DNA of 55,161 bases from a virus. Its lineage: Duplodnaviria; Caudoviricetes. The translations under genes and the position numbers were made by a program. Positions 35,987 through 44,441 of this stretch are shown here, in pieces. The stretch covers positions 1-55,161 of IMG/VR virus record IMGVR_UViG_3300020042_006565. One strand, written 5' to 3'. Position 1 is the first letter of the stretch, and the number at the start of each line of letters is the position of its first letter. The notes below the pieces were generated by a model. The model was not told the origin of the DNA. It did no database searches and saw only the letters and a list, made by a program, of their open reading frames with translations.

Positions 35987-36169
35987 ATGAGTCACATCAC
36001 ACAGGTTCAAGTCCTGTACCGCATCGACGCTTTGTTAGAGCAAGCGCTGCGCGAAACAGTACACATTGAAAAAGTACACGACTTGCATTTGCAAATCCAC
36101 CGCATACGCGACGTGATTAAAGAGCGCGTCATGTATCAGCGCATAGAAGACAAAGGAGAACTGAGATGA
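35987..36169 (+). CDS. small hypothetical protein
   Basis: GAGGAG RBS, ATG 35987. Confidence 0.6.
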   Translation: MSHITQVQVLYRIDALLEQALRETVHIEKVHDLHLQIHRIRDVIKERVMYQRIEDKGELR

Positions 36170-36975
36170 ACTACGCAGAGATGATGAAGTTGTTCCAGTC
36201 CAGGAAGAAAGGACGGGACTTCAAGGTCTTCCGTAACGCATACGAGCACATCCGGCTCGACCCCGACAGCGGTGCGCTGACGCTCAGCAACAACTGCAGG
36301 ATGTGGGAGAAGGACGAAGGAGGCAGGCACAAGCAGAAGGTGCGTCCAGGCACACCGGTACTTCGCTTCACACCAGATAACGTGCTGGAGATACTGCACC
36401 GCCCACAAGCAACCAGCCTGTCCGACCGACTGATGATCGAGAAGGCGACGGGCGGTGATATCTATATGCGCAGCCCGAAGTTTGAGTACCGCTTGATGTT
36501 GCAGTTCAACACCCCCCGCAGCGAAATCCGCAGCGAAATCCCGCTGGTCGCTGGCCTCAAGATCGACCTGAACACCAAGCAGGCCATCAACAAGCCAGAG
36601 CAGGTCAAGAACACTACCAATCGCACTACGGCACAACCTGTTTACAAGCATGTTCGTCAGGTCGGTAAGGTGATGGACGTGCTGTGGCGCATGGAAGATC
36701 TTGAGTACGTCAGCAGGCCGCTGCCCGACAGCACCCCCGTAGAGTTGTGCGAGGAGACATTGGCTGTGCATGCACAAGCTGCGATCCATGCTGGCTGGAA
36801 CCGAGGGCACGTCGACAGCAGCGTCTATGACCCCGCGACACACCAGCACAAGAAGCGGCCCGAAGCCGACGTCAGAGCAGAGAGATACGCCAAAGCCCGT
36901 CATCATGGGCTGAAGCGATTGACAGAGTTCCTCAAGTCCCATCACGGGGCAATCGTTCGTACCGTTGTTTCCTAA
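36166..36975 (+). CDS. hypothetical protein (269 aa)
   Basis: AAGGAG RBS and long ORF. Confidence 0.75.
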   Translation: MNYAEMMKLFQSRKKGRDFKVFRNAYEHIRLDPDSGALTLSNNCRMWEKDEGGRHKQKVRPGTPVLRFTPDNVLEILHRPQATSLSDRLMIEKATGGDIYMRSPKFEYRLMLQFNTPRSEIRSEIPLVAGLKIDLNTKQAINKPEQVKNTTNRTTAQPVYKHVRQVGKVMDVLWRMEDLEYVSRPLPDSTPVELCEETLAVHAQAAIHAGWNRGHVDSSVYDPATHQHKKRPEADVRAERYAKARHHGLKRLTEFLKSHHGAIVRTVVS

Positions 36976-37007
36976 CCTACCTCACTCACTTACTTGAAAG
37001 CACCAAT

Positions 37008-37676
37008 ATGAGCTACGTATCAATCTCCCGCGACCTGACCCTAGAGGTCAGCAACTTCATCACCGGCCTGGCCAACACCGAGCTGAACTCGATGAGCAAC
37101 TTCGACCGCATCGTCGAGGACATCAACAAAGACGAGTCGTTCAAGCAGATGCTGGACAACATCATGTGGGGCGAGTACATCGACCTGCAGCCCAGGCTTG
37201 AGACGTTCAGCCTCAAAGGCCGAATCGACCTGCAGATTGCTTGCACCCGCACCATCGCTGACGGCACGTTCGACACGTTCACCACGGAGCTGCGGGTCAA
37301 CAACGTCTCGGTTCCGGTGACCAGCAAGGCCAAGTTCGGCTACGGCTACATGGAACTCCCCATCGACGCGGAGATGCACCCGCTGCTGCTCGAAGCTCGT
37401 GAACTTGCACTGCTGCGCCGTGAGTGCAGCAAGCGTTGGGAGAAGGTAAAGGAGCAAGTCACCAAGTTCCTCGGCAGCTGCAAGTCGCTCAACGAGGCGA
37501 TCAAGCTGTGGCCCGATGTGCGCCGTTACGTACCTACTGAGTACCTCAAGCGCGTCGACACCAAGGTAGAGAAGGCGAAGACCAAGTCTTCCGGTGCCGA
37601 TGCTCTGGCTGGCATGGACATGGATATGGTGAACACCAGCCTCGTCTTGGCCCGCATGGCAGGCGCTTCGCTGTAA
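37008..37676 (+). CDS. Nmad5-like phage protein
   Basis: C-terminal pattern FL.SCKSLNEAIKLWPD...YVP resembles the nucleotide-modification-associated domain 5. Confidence 0.55.
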   Translation: MSYVSISRDLTLEVSNFITGLANTELNSMSNFDRIVEDINKDESFKQMLDNIMWGEYIDLQPRLETFSLKGRIDLQIACTRTIADGTFDTFTTELRVNNVSVPVTSKAKFGYGYMELPIDAEMHPLLLEARELALLRRECSKRWEKVKEQVTKFLGSCKSLNEAIKLWPDVRRYVPTEYLKRVDTKVEKAKTKSSGADALAGMDMDMVNTSLVLARMAGASL

Positions 37677-37698
37677 GCAAATAATGGCACGGATGGTA

Positions 37699-37727
37699 TT
37701 GACTCCATCCGTGCTTACACGTAACCT
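37699..37727 (+). promoter_or_regulatory. sigma70-like promoter TTGACT-N17-TAACCT overlapped by operator variant GCTTACACGTAACC (37713-37726)
   Basis: Direct reading. Lies upstream of ATG 37750. Confidence 0.55.
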
Positions 37728-37749
37728 AGACTACTTATGGCGTACTCAA

Positions 37750-38118
37750 ATGAACGAGAGCGAGAACGACAAACCACTACCCGCAAGTGATCTGGAACGC
37801 AGGGTGATCCGTATCGAGACACGCCTCACCAGATTCATGCGGCACTTCAACCTAGACAACGAAGGAGCCCCTATGACCCAACCGAACCAACCCACTAACC
37901 CGTCAGCAACTCCACCACTGGTCAACGAGGTCAGCGATGAAACAGCCGCGAAACTACTCTACACGCTTGCTTCCGTACAACACGGGCAAATTGCTCATCG
38001 GATGTGCCTATCAACCACCTCAGAGGAATTCGCAAACAAGCTTGACCAGCTTCGAGTGCTCCCTACAGAAGGCTTTGCTAAACCCCCCAAAGCCACGGAT
38101 CACGATGAAAGTGATTGA
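37750..38118 (+). CDS. hypothetical protein
   Basis: Start uncertain (37684, 37750 or 37873). LERRVIRIETRL coiled segment. Confidence 0.5.
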   Translation: MNESENDKPLPASDLERRVIRIETRLTRFMRHFNLDNEGAPMTQPNQPTNPSATPPLVNEVSDETAAKLLYTLASVQHGQIAHRMCLSTTSEEFANKLDQLRVLPTEGFAKPPKATDHDESD

Positions 38119-38172
38119 CGGCATCTGCATGGCGGTCTCTGGTGCGCTGATGCTTGCACTGCTGTTGCTCGT

Positions 38173-38481
38173 ATGAAGTGCTTGGAGACTCGCAAGCTGG
38201 AGGGATACACCCGTCGCCGTTACGAGCGGCAAGACGGAACCCGAGTAACCACCTACGAAATCTCCGAGCCCTTCGTGTTCAAGGCAGACATCGAGCGACT
38301 GGTCAGACGAGCCGCTCTGGGCAGGGCGAACCTGATACCACGCGACAAGATTCGCGTGGACCCCGACAAGATCGACGCCGTGCTCGAAGCACTCGACGGC
38401 AAGGAAACGCACCAGCAGATCGCTGAACGCTTACACGTCAGCACCAAGACCATTCAGCGCATCAAGCGCGGCTACAGATGA
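38173..38481 (+). CDS. HTH DNA-binding protein
   Basis: C-terminal THQQIAERLHVSTKTIQRIKRG helix-turn-helix. Confidence 0.7.
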   Translation: MKCLETRKLEGYTRRRYERQDGTRVTTYEISEPFVFKADIERLVRRAALGRANLIPRDKIRVDPDKIDAVLEALDGKETHQQIAERLHVSTKTIQRIKRGYR

Positions 38482-38491
38482 AAGGACGCAG

Positions 38492-38728
38492 ATGACGCGA
38501 TACGAAATCGACTCTGTCTACTACGACGGACTGATCGGGTTCGAGCTGGTGCCGCCGATGGAGGCCAACGCATGGACTGTCTACGAGCGCCGGGCAGACG
38601 GCACGCTGCGGGCCATCGTGGACTTCTTCTTCACCTACGAGAACAGCAGTGAGCGCGAACGTGCCCGCGCCTTGGCCAAAGCAGAAGTGGATCGACTAAC
38701 AAAGGAGCAGACCCATGAAACCAACTGA
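38492..38728 (+). CDS. hypothetical protein (78 aa)
   Basis: GAAAGGA RBS. Confidence 0.6.
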   Translation: MTRYEIDSVYYDGLIGFELVPPMEANAWTVYERRADGTLRAIVDFFFTYENSSERERARALAKAEVDRLTKEQTHETN

Positions 38729-38897
38729 TCTTTGCAGCGGAACTTGCGAAGGTAAGCGTGAGAACTGTCCGGTCCCGATGGCGTGCGGTTGGCCAGAGGA
38801 AGACAGCCTGGGCGCGAAGGCGCTCAACCTGATTATTACTGCGCTGGTAGTTATTGGGCTTGTCGTTACCTGCGCGGCTGTACTCGTATGGCTTTGA
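38715..38897 (+). CDS. small Cys-rich membrane-anchored protein
   Basis: AAGGAG RBS. C.G.C..G...CP.P.AC followed by a TM helix. Confidence 0.6.
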   Translation: MKPTDLCSGTCEGKRENCPVPMACGWPEEDSLGAKALNLIITALVVIGLVVTCAAVLVWL

Positions 38898-39066
38898 TCT
38901 GGCGAGTAGCAGCAAAAGCTGCGCGAGATTCGATGGTGTCCCGCGTCCATGTGACAGAGATACTGAAACAGATAGGTACTGGGTGGGAGCTGCCGCCTGG
39001 AGTTGAGCCTCCTGACGACATGACTGCGAAAGAACTCGCCGTCTGGCTACGGGACTTAGCGAAGCC

Positions 39067-39231
39067 ATGCGATCACTAGCGTTTGTGGCGGCGTGTGTGA
39101 TGTGGCTGTTCGCCTGTTCGCAGCCGCCAGAAGCAGTACCCGATGATGAGTTGTTCGACTGCCAGCTGACCAAAGACGGGAAGTTTCTCGTCTGCCACGA
39201 ACGAAAACGCACGGAAATGGCGGGGCCGTAA
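39067..39231 (+). CDS. 54-aa putative lipoprotein
   Basis: MRSLAFVAACVMWLFA|CSQP... gives a signal peptide with a lipobox-like LFAC. Stop overlaps the next ATG. Not in the ORF track. Confidence 0.55.
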   Translation: MRSLAFVAACVMWLFACSQPPEAVPDDELFDCQLTKDGKFLVCHERKRTEMAGP

Positions 39232-39422
39232 TGGACTGGGAAGCAGCTAAGCAGATCGCCAGCTTGATGGAGGTGGTCAAGGAAGACTGCCGCAGAGACG
39301 CGTTAGCTGTGGCGCTGACGTCAGAAGGTTTTCGGTTAACGAAGACTGTGCCTTCAGATCGGTTACTTGATTTGAACAGTCTGGCCGAGTTCATTCGGCT
39401 GTATTCAAAGAGGATTGAATGA
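39231..39422 (+). CDS. small hypothetical protein
   Basis: TAATG coupling with the upstream ORF. Confidence 0.5.
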   Translation: MDWEAAKQIASLMEVVKEDCRRDALAVALTSEGFRLTKTVPSDRLLDLNSLAEFIRLYSKRIE

Positions 39423-39434
39423 TGAGCTGGTCCT

Positions 39435-39944
39435 ATGAGTCTTGAGGCCCTACTCAAACGCGTCTACGACAAGTGCGTCGAGGACGGCGAGTGCATGAAC
39501 TGGACCGGGGCGGTGCAGTCGAAGTGCCGCACACCTGCCATGCGTCGGTTTGGTACGGGCTCATGCGTGTCACTGCGCAGGATGATGTTGGAGACCGACT
39601 CCGGCAAGAAGCTAAGCCGATCCCGGTTCGCCACTTACATGTGCGGGAACATCAACTGCGTCAGGCTGGAGCACTTAGGGGCGGTGCCTCGCAAGGTTAT
39701 TCAAGAGAGAAACGAAGCCGGGTTCGACGCCGTGCAGCGCATGACCAAGGCCAAAAGGATCACTGAAAAAGCAAGGGCTCGCGCCAAGCTAACACTGGAG
39801 ATGGCTAAAGAGATCGCCTCTGCCGAAGGGACGCAGCGCGAGCTGGCCAAGCGGTACGGGGTCTGCCAGTCAACTGTAGGAATGATCCGTCGCGGTGAGA
39901 CATGGCGCGACCTCACTAACCCGTTTGCAAGTTTGGCAGCATGA
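39435..39944 (+). CDS. degenerate HNH-like zinc domain + C-terminal HTH protein
   Basis: C..WTGA, YMCGNINCVRLEHL and TQRELAKRYGVCQSTVGMIRRGETW. Confidence 0.7.
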   Translation: MSLEALLKRVYDKCVEDGECMNWTGAVQSKCRTPAMRRFGTGSCVSLRRMMLETDSGKKLSRSRFATYMCGNINCVRLEHLGAVPRKVIQERNEAGFDAVQRMTKAKRITEKARARAKLTLEMAKEIASAEGTQRELAKRYGVCQSTVGMIRRGETWRDLTNPFASLAA

Positions 39945-40114
39945 ACAAACCATCCACAAAGAAGCCCAGCCTGATAGAGCAGTGCATGAAGACTGAGCTG
40001 GACAGGCGCATCGAGCGAGTGCGGGAGTACCTGATACATCAAGAAGAACTAACCCCCATCGCACGGTTTGAGTACGCCGTGCTGATGTCAAAAATGGCAA
40101 AGGAGAAGAAATGA
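39941..40114 (+). CDS. small hypothetical protein (57 aa)
   Basis: ATGA overlaps at both ends (MNKPSTKK...). Confidence 0.5.
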   Translation: MNKPSTKKPSLIEQCMKTELDRRIERVREYLIHQEELTPIARFEYAVLMSKMAKEKK

Positions 40115-40344
40115 AAGCAGATGACACACAGATCGGCGGCACGCACTACAAAGATATGGCCGTGCCCCCTTGGACGGTTATGCAAGCGACGATGACCCAC
40201 GCAGAGTTCGTCGGATTCTTGAAGGGCAACATATACAAGTACGCGTTGCGTGCCGGTAAGAAAGAAGGCTCGGCGGACGACGCGGCCAAGTGCCGCCACT
40301 ACATGCAGAAGCTGGCAGAAGTCCTGGCCGGAAATAATGTATGA
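40111..40344 (+). CDS. DUF3310-like protein
   Basis: QIGG.HY, GFLKGNIYKY..RAGKK and D..K...Y. Confidence 0.8.
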   Translation: MKADDTQIGGTHYKDMAVPPWTVMQATMTHAEFVGFLKGNIYKYALRAGKKEGSADDAAKCRHYMQKLAEVLAGNNV

Positions 40345-42299
40345 AGGTAGTAACCATCGACTTCGAGACGTACTGGTCGACTGACTTCAGCCTGACCAAG
40401 ATGAGCTTCATCGAGTACATCAAGTCGCCGCTGTTCGAGGTCATCAGCGTGGCCATCAAGATCGGCAGCGGCATCACCAACGTGTACTTTGGCAAGGACG
40501 TGGCACCCGCGCTTCAGGCCATCGACTGGAAAGACGCAGCAGCCGTGGCGCACAACGGCGCGGAGTTCGACTTCCCCCTGCTGGTGTGGACGTATGACGT
40601 TCACCCGAAACTGTTCGTGGACACGCTGCATCTGGCTCGGGCTCGTCACCAGTCATCGGTGGGCGGCAGTCTGAAGAAGTTGTCTGCCCATTACAAGCTA
40701 CCGGACAAGAACAACGCGGCGCTTCTGTCTACCAAGGGCAAGCGGCTCGCCGACATGACGCTGCAGGAGTGCGCGGACATGGGCGCATACAACATCCAAG
40801 ACACAGCCAACACCGCAGAGCTGTTCAAGATCTTCAAGACAGAGATGGTGTCTGACTCGGAGGATCTGCGCGAGTGCGTGAAGGTGGCGCAGTGGGCCAA
40901 TAAGGAGATGCTGCTGTCGGACATGACGACTCGGATGATCTGCTACCCGCAGCTCCACTGCGACTCGGAGCTGCTTGGCTCGACGCTGGCCGAAGCCGAA
41001 GGCATCAAAGAGAAGCAGCTGCTGTCGCTGACTGATGTGCTTGGCGTGCTCGATGTCGAGGAGGTTCGCGCTGAGCTGGCCTCCGCGCCGAAGTTCGCAG
41101 CGGTGCTGGAGTCGATGGGTGTGACGCCCCCGCGCAAGATCAGTAAGACGACCGGTAAAGAAACTTACGCCCTGGCTAAGACCGACGAGGAATTTACTGC
41201 GCTGCTTGAGCATGAAGACGAGCGAGTGCAGATGGTCACTGCAGCTCGCCTGGGCGTGAAGTCCACGTTACTTGAAACACGTCTTGCCAAGATGAAGACG
41301 TGTGCGGAGCTGATGGACGGGAAGATGCCCGTGCCGCTGGGGTACCACGCGGCCACCACTGGTCGGTGGGGCGGGCGCGTATGGAACCCGCAGAACCTGC
41401 CGCGCATCTCGCGCAACAAAGACGGCAGCGTCGTGCCTAAGCTGACCAATGCACTGCGCATGTCGCTGCATGCGCCCGAGGGGCACAAGATCGTGGTGTC
41501 GGATCTGTCTGGCATCGAGCTGCGAGTCAACCACTACCTGTGGGGCGTCGAGTCCACGGCTGAGCTGTACGCCGCTGACCCAGAGGCAGACCTGTACCGT
41601 GACTTTGCTGCCACCTTGTTCGGCAAGGACAAGGCAGACGTGACCAAGGACGAACGGCAGCTGGCCAAGGTCGCTCAGCTCGGACTGGGGTTCGGCGCGG
41701 GGGCGGTGACGTTTCAGAAGGTCGCCAAGCTCATGGGCGGCATCGACCTCGATGAGGAGGAGTCACGCAGAGTCACCGAGACGTGGCGCTTCAAGTACCG
41801 CTACATCGTGGAAGGCTGGGCGCAGTGCAACAAGCTCATCTCGTCGATCTTCAAGGGCGAGGAATACTCGCCAGACGAACGCGGGCTGGTGCGGTCAGTC
41901 AAGGGGGGTGTGCTGCTGCCGTCAGGACGCACGCTGTTCTATCCGAACCTCGACACGTTCACTGACAAGGAAGCAGAGACCGTGCGCCAGCGAACCGGGT
42001 TCATCTACGGCGAGGGTCGCAACAAGTCAAAGATCTACGGCGGGCTGATGTGCGAGAACTTGGTTCAAGGAATCGCTCGTGACGTCATCGCTGAACAGGC
42101 TCTGACCGTATGGAAGACCACGGGGTACTACCCTGCTCTGACGGTCCATGACGAGCTTGTCTACGTTGTGCCCGACGACAAGGCAGAGCAGCACCTACAG
42201 ACCGTCGATAGAGTGATGCGCACCCCTCCGACATGGCTCCCCGGCATCGTTCTGTGGAGCGAAGGCGACGTAGCGCAAAGCTATGGGGGCGCAAAGTAA
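40341..42299 (+). CDS. DNA polymerase, family A, with 3'-5' exonuclease
   Basis: Exo I DFET, Exo II AHN..FD, TGRW, motif A DLSGIELR, motif B RQLAKVAQLGLGFG, motif C VHDE. Confidence 0.95.
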   Translation: MKVVTIDFETYWSTDFSLTKMSFIEYIKSPLFEVISVAIKIGSGITNVYFGKDVAPALQAIDWKDAAAVAHNGAEFDFPLLVWTYDVHPKLFVDTLHLARARHQSSVGGSLKKLSAHYKLPDKNNAALLSTKGKRLADMTLQECADMGAYNIQDTANTAELFKIFKTEMVSDSEDLRECVKVAQWANKEMLLSDMTTRMICYPQLHCDSELLGSTLAEAEGIKEKQLLSLTDVLGVLDVEEVRAELASAPKFAAVLESMGVTPPRKISKTTGKETYALAKTDEEFTALLEHEDERVQMVTAARLGVKSTLLETRLAKMKTCAELMDGKMPVPLGYHAATTGRWGGRVWNPQNLPRISRNKDGSVVPKLTNALRMSLHAPEGHKIVVSDLSGIELRVNHYLWGVESTAELYAADPEADLYRDFAATLFGKDKADVTKDERQLAKVAQLGLGFGAGAVTFQKVAKLMGGIDLDEEESRRVTETWRFKYRYIVEGWAQCNKLISSIFKGEEYSPDERGLVRSVKGGVLLPSGRTLFYPNLDTFTDKEAETVRQRTGFIYGEGRNKSKIYGGLMCENLVQGIARDVIAEQALTVWKTTGYYPALTVHDELVYVVPDDKAEQHLQTVDRVMRTPPTWLPGIVLWSEGDVAQSYGGAK

Positions 42300-42417
42300 G
42301 TGTTTTTCCTAGAGACTCATCACCCTTTTGGGGGGGTCTCTTTTGTCATGCACACGTGTAAGCTACCAAGGATGGCAATAATGCAGACTGCACCGCCCAA
42401 CTATGGGACACCACAAA

Positions 42418-43014
42418 ATGGACTTCCGAGAAGCAACACGCATACTAATGAGGCAACCGGACATCGCCCGGCAGCTTCGTCTGGCGGACAGTTACATACA
42501 GGCATACAACCGCATGCCTGACTCATTCGTTCTGCCAGCAGATCATGTGATCCTCAAGCCGATCATCGAGGCGTTCGCGGCCAACACGAGCGCCTTCGCG
42601 CAGTACATCAAGACGCTGCGCGACGCCAGTGACTCGCACGACTACGACGAGCTGCACGATCTGTATCGGACCATCGACATGCGCTCCCTGCAAGCAGAAC
42701 GGCGCAGTCGCATACGCAAAGCAGTGGCCCTGCTCATGCCCGAGTTTTCGCGGGCACTTGAGCGAGAGCTGACCTACGAAGAGCAGTTGAAGATGGCTCG
42801 TTTCATTGAACACCGATGGGGGGCGATGCGACTGGCGCACTTGGACCAGGAGCGACGTAAGCACAACTCCAAGAGACTCCCTGCTGAAGAACGCGCGACC
42901 TCTCTGTCTCAGTTCTGGAAGAGTATCGAGACAGCGTTAGATAACGGTGGCGTGCTGCTGGGTGATGAGTACAAAGACGAGCTGCTCGCCACGATCAAAG
43001 GAGGAACCGTTTGA
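42418..43014 (+). CDS. hypothetical helical protein
   Basis: Long ORF after a short intergenic gap containing an operator variant (42350-42363). Start uncertain. Confidence 0.65.
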   Translation: MDFREATRILMRQPDIARQLRLADSYIQAYNRMPDSFVLPADHVILKPIIEAFAANTSAFAQYIKTLRDASDSHDYDELHDLYRTIDMRSLQAERRSRIRKAVALLMPEFSRALERELTYEEQLKMARFIEHRWGAMRLAHLDQERRKHNSKRLPAEERATSLSQFWKSIETALDNGGVLLGDEYKDELLATIKGGTV

Positions 43015-43676
43015 AAACACCACCGTGGTCCTACAGCGGGCTCACTTCGTTTGAGACTTGCCCGAAGAGGTACTTCCACATTAAGGTAGCGAAGGACGTC
43101 ATGGACAGTCCCGGCGAGGCCGCGATCTGGGGGAGCACGGTACACAAGCATCTGGAAGATAGGGTCAGGGATGGTATTCCCCTACCGCAATCCATCGCCG
43201 GATACGAGAAACTAGCCGTCCCCATCGTTGCGCACGTTGGACAAAAGTTGGTCGAGCAGCAGATGGCGGTGGACGTGAATCTGACGCCCGTTGATTGGAC
43301 CTCTGACATGGCTTGGTGCCGTGGCATTGTTGACGTTGGCGTGTTAACGGGTAAGCGGGTAGTTCTCCTCGATTGGAAAACAGGTAAGAGGAAAGCTGAC
43401 AGCGATCAGCTGAAATTGTTTGCGGGGCTGGCGTTCGCGCACTACCCACAGCTTGAGGTGGCCGTCACGGGATTCGTGTGGCTCAAGGCGGGTGTGATTG
43501 ATAAACAAAGGTTCGAGCGATCCCAGGTGCCGTTCATCTGGCAGGAGTTCTTACCTAGAGTGCAGCGACTTGAACGCGCTTATGGCGAAGACAAGTTTCC
43601 CCCCAAACCAAGCGGCTTGTGTTCCAAGTGGTGCCCTGTACCGAGACACAAGTGCGAGTTCTCTGGAAAGCCGTAG
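43011..43676 (+). CDS. PD-(D/E)XK exonuclease (Cas4/RecB-like)
   Basis: WSYS.L..FETCP, G..VH, RGIVD, DWKTGK, QL and C..C...C. TTG start after GGAGG. Confidence 0.85.
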   Translation: MKTPPWSYSGLTSFETCPKRYFHIKVAKDVMDSPGEAAIWGSTVHKHLEDRVRDGIPLPQSIAGYEKLAVPIVAHVGQKLVEQQMAVDVNLTPVDWTSDMAWCRGIVDVGVLTGKRVVLLDWKTGKRKADSDQLKLFAGLAFAHYPQLEVAVTGFVWLKAGVIDKQRFERSQVPFIWQEFLPRVQRLERAYGEDKFPPKPSGLCSKWCPVPRHKCEFSGKP

Positions 43677-43883
43677 ATGGATCTCGACACCATGCCCTAT
43701 TCGACCTACACCGACGAAGAACTGTTGCGCCTGCTGTATACGGGTAAGCGTGTATTGTCTCCGGTTGAGATCGAACTCACGTTGAGGCTTGAGCATGCGC
43801 TCGACGAGCTGGCCGCGCGCCCTCATGCAGTGGGCGAAATGCTTACCCGTCACATGATGAACGCCGACAAGGACATCAACTGA
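43677..43883 (+). CDS. small hypothetical protein
   Basis: Abuts both neighbours. Confidence 0.55.
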   Translation: MDLDTMPYSTYTDEELLRLLYTGKRVLSPVEIELTLRLEHALDELAARPHAVGEMLTRHMMNADKDIN

Positions 43884-44176
43884 TGGCGATGACGCCAGAG
43901 GGTCGTGTGAAGGCCGCTGTGAAACGCTGGCTCAAAGAGCGCGGCGTTTGGCACTTCTGTCCTGTGAGTAACGGGATGGGGCAGCACGGCATACCCGACT
44001 TCATCTGCTGCATGAATGGGCGGTTCGTGGCGATAGAGACGAAAGCTCCTGGCAAGAGAGGCAATGTCTCTGCCAACCAGGAACACCAGATTACTTTGAT
44101 TCATCAAGCCGGTGGCGCTGCCATCGTTATCGACGACGTAGAGCAACTCACCTTATTGGAGAACGTAGATGCCTAA
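43883..44176 (+). CDS. VRR-NUC nuclease (Holliday junction resolvase-like)
   Basis: TPEG.VK, GIPD, F.AIETKAPGK and Q...I..AGG. Confidence 0.85.
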   Translation: MAMTPEGRVKAAVKRWLKERGVWHFCPVSNGMGQHGIPDFICCMNGRFVAIETKAPGKRGNVSANQEHQITLIHQAGGAAIVIDDVEQLTLLENVDA

Positions 44177-44441
44177 ATCATCAGCCCAAAAACTCAAGTA
44201 TCAAGCCGAGTACAACAAGAAACCGGAACAGAAAGAAGCAGGAGTTGAACGACGTAAAGCAAGACGGCACGCCATCGCGGATGGAAAAGTTGCTATCGGT
44301 GACGGCAAAGACTTGGCTCATAAAGTCCCCCTCAGTGAGGGTGGAACAGCCAGCAAGGCCAACCTCAAGGTCGAGAGTGAGAAGTCCAACCGAGACTGGC
44401 GCAAGGGCAGATCTGGGTACAAGGTCGGAGTAGACAAGTAA
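44169..44441 (+). CDS. small HNH-like endonuclease
   Basis: DGKDLAHKVPLSEGG....NL......NR. Confidence 0.7.
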   Translation: MPKSSAQKLKYQAEYNKKPEQKEAGVERRKARRHAIADGKVAIGDGKDLAHKVPLSEGGTASKANLKVESEKSNRDWRKGRSGYKVGVDK

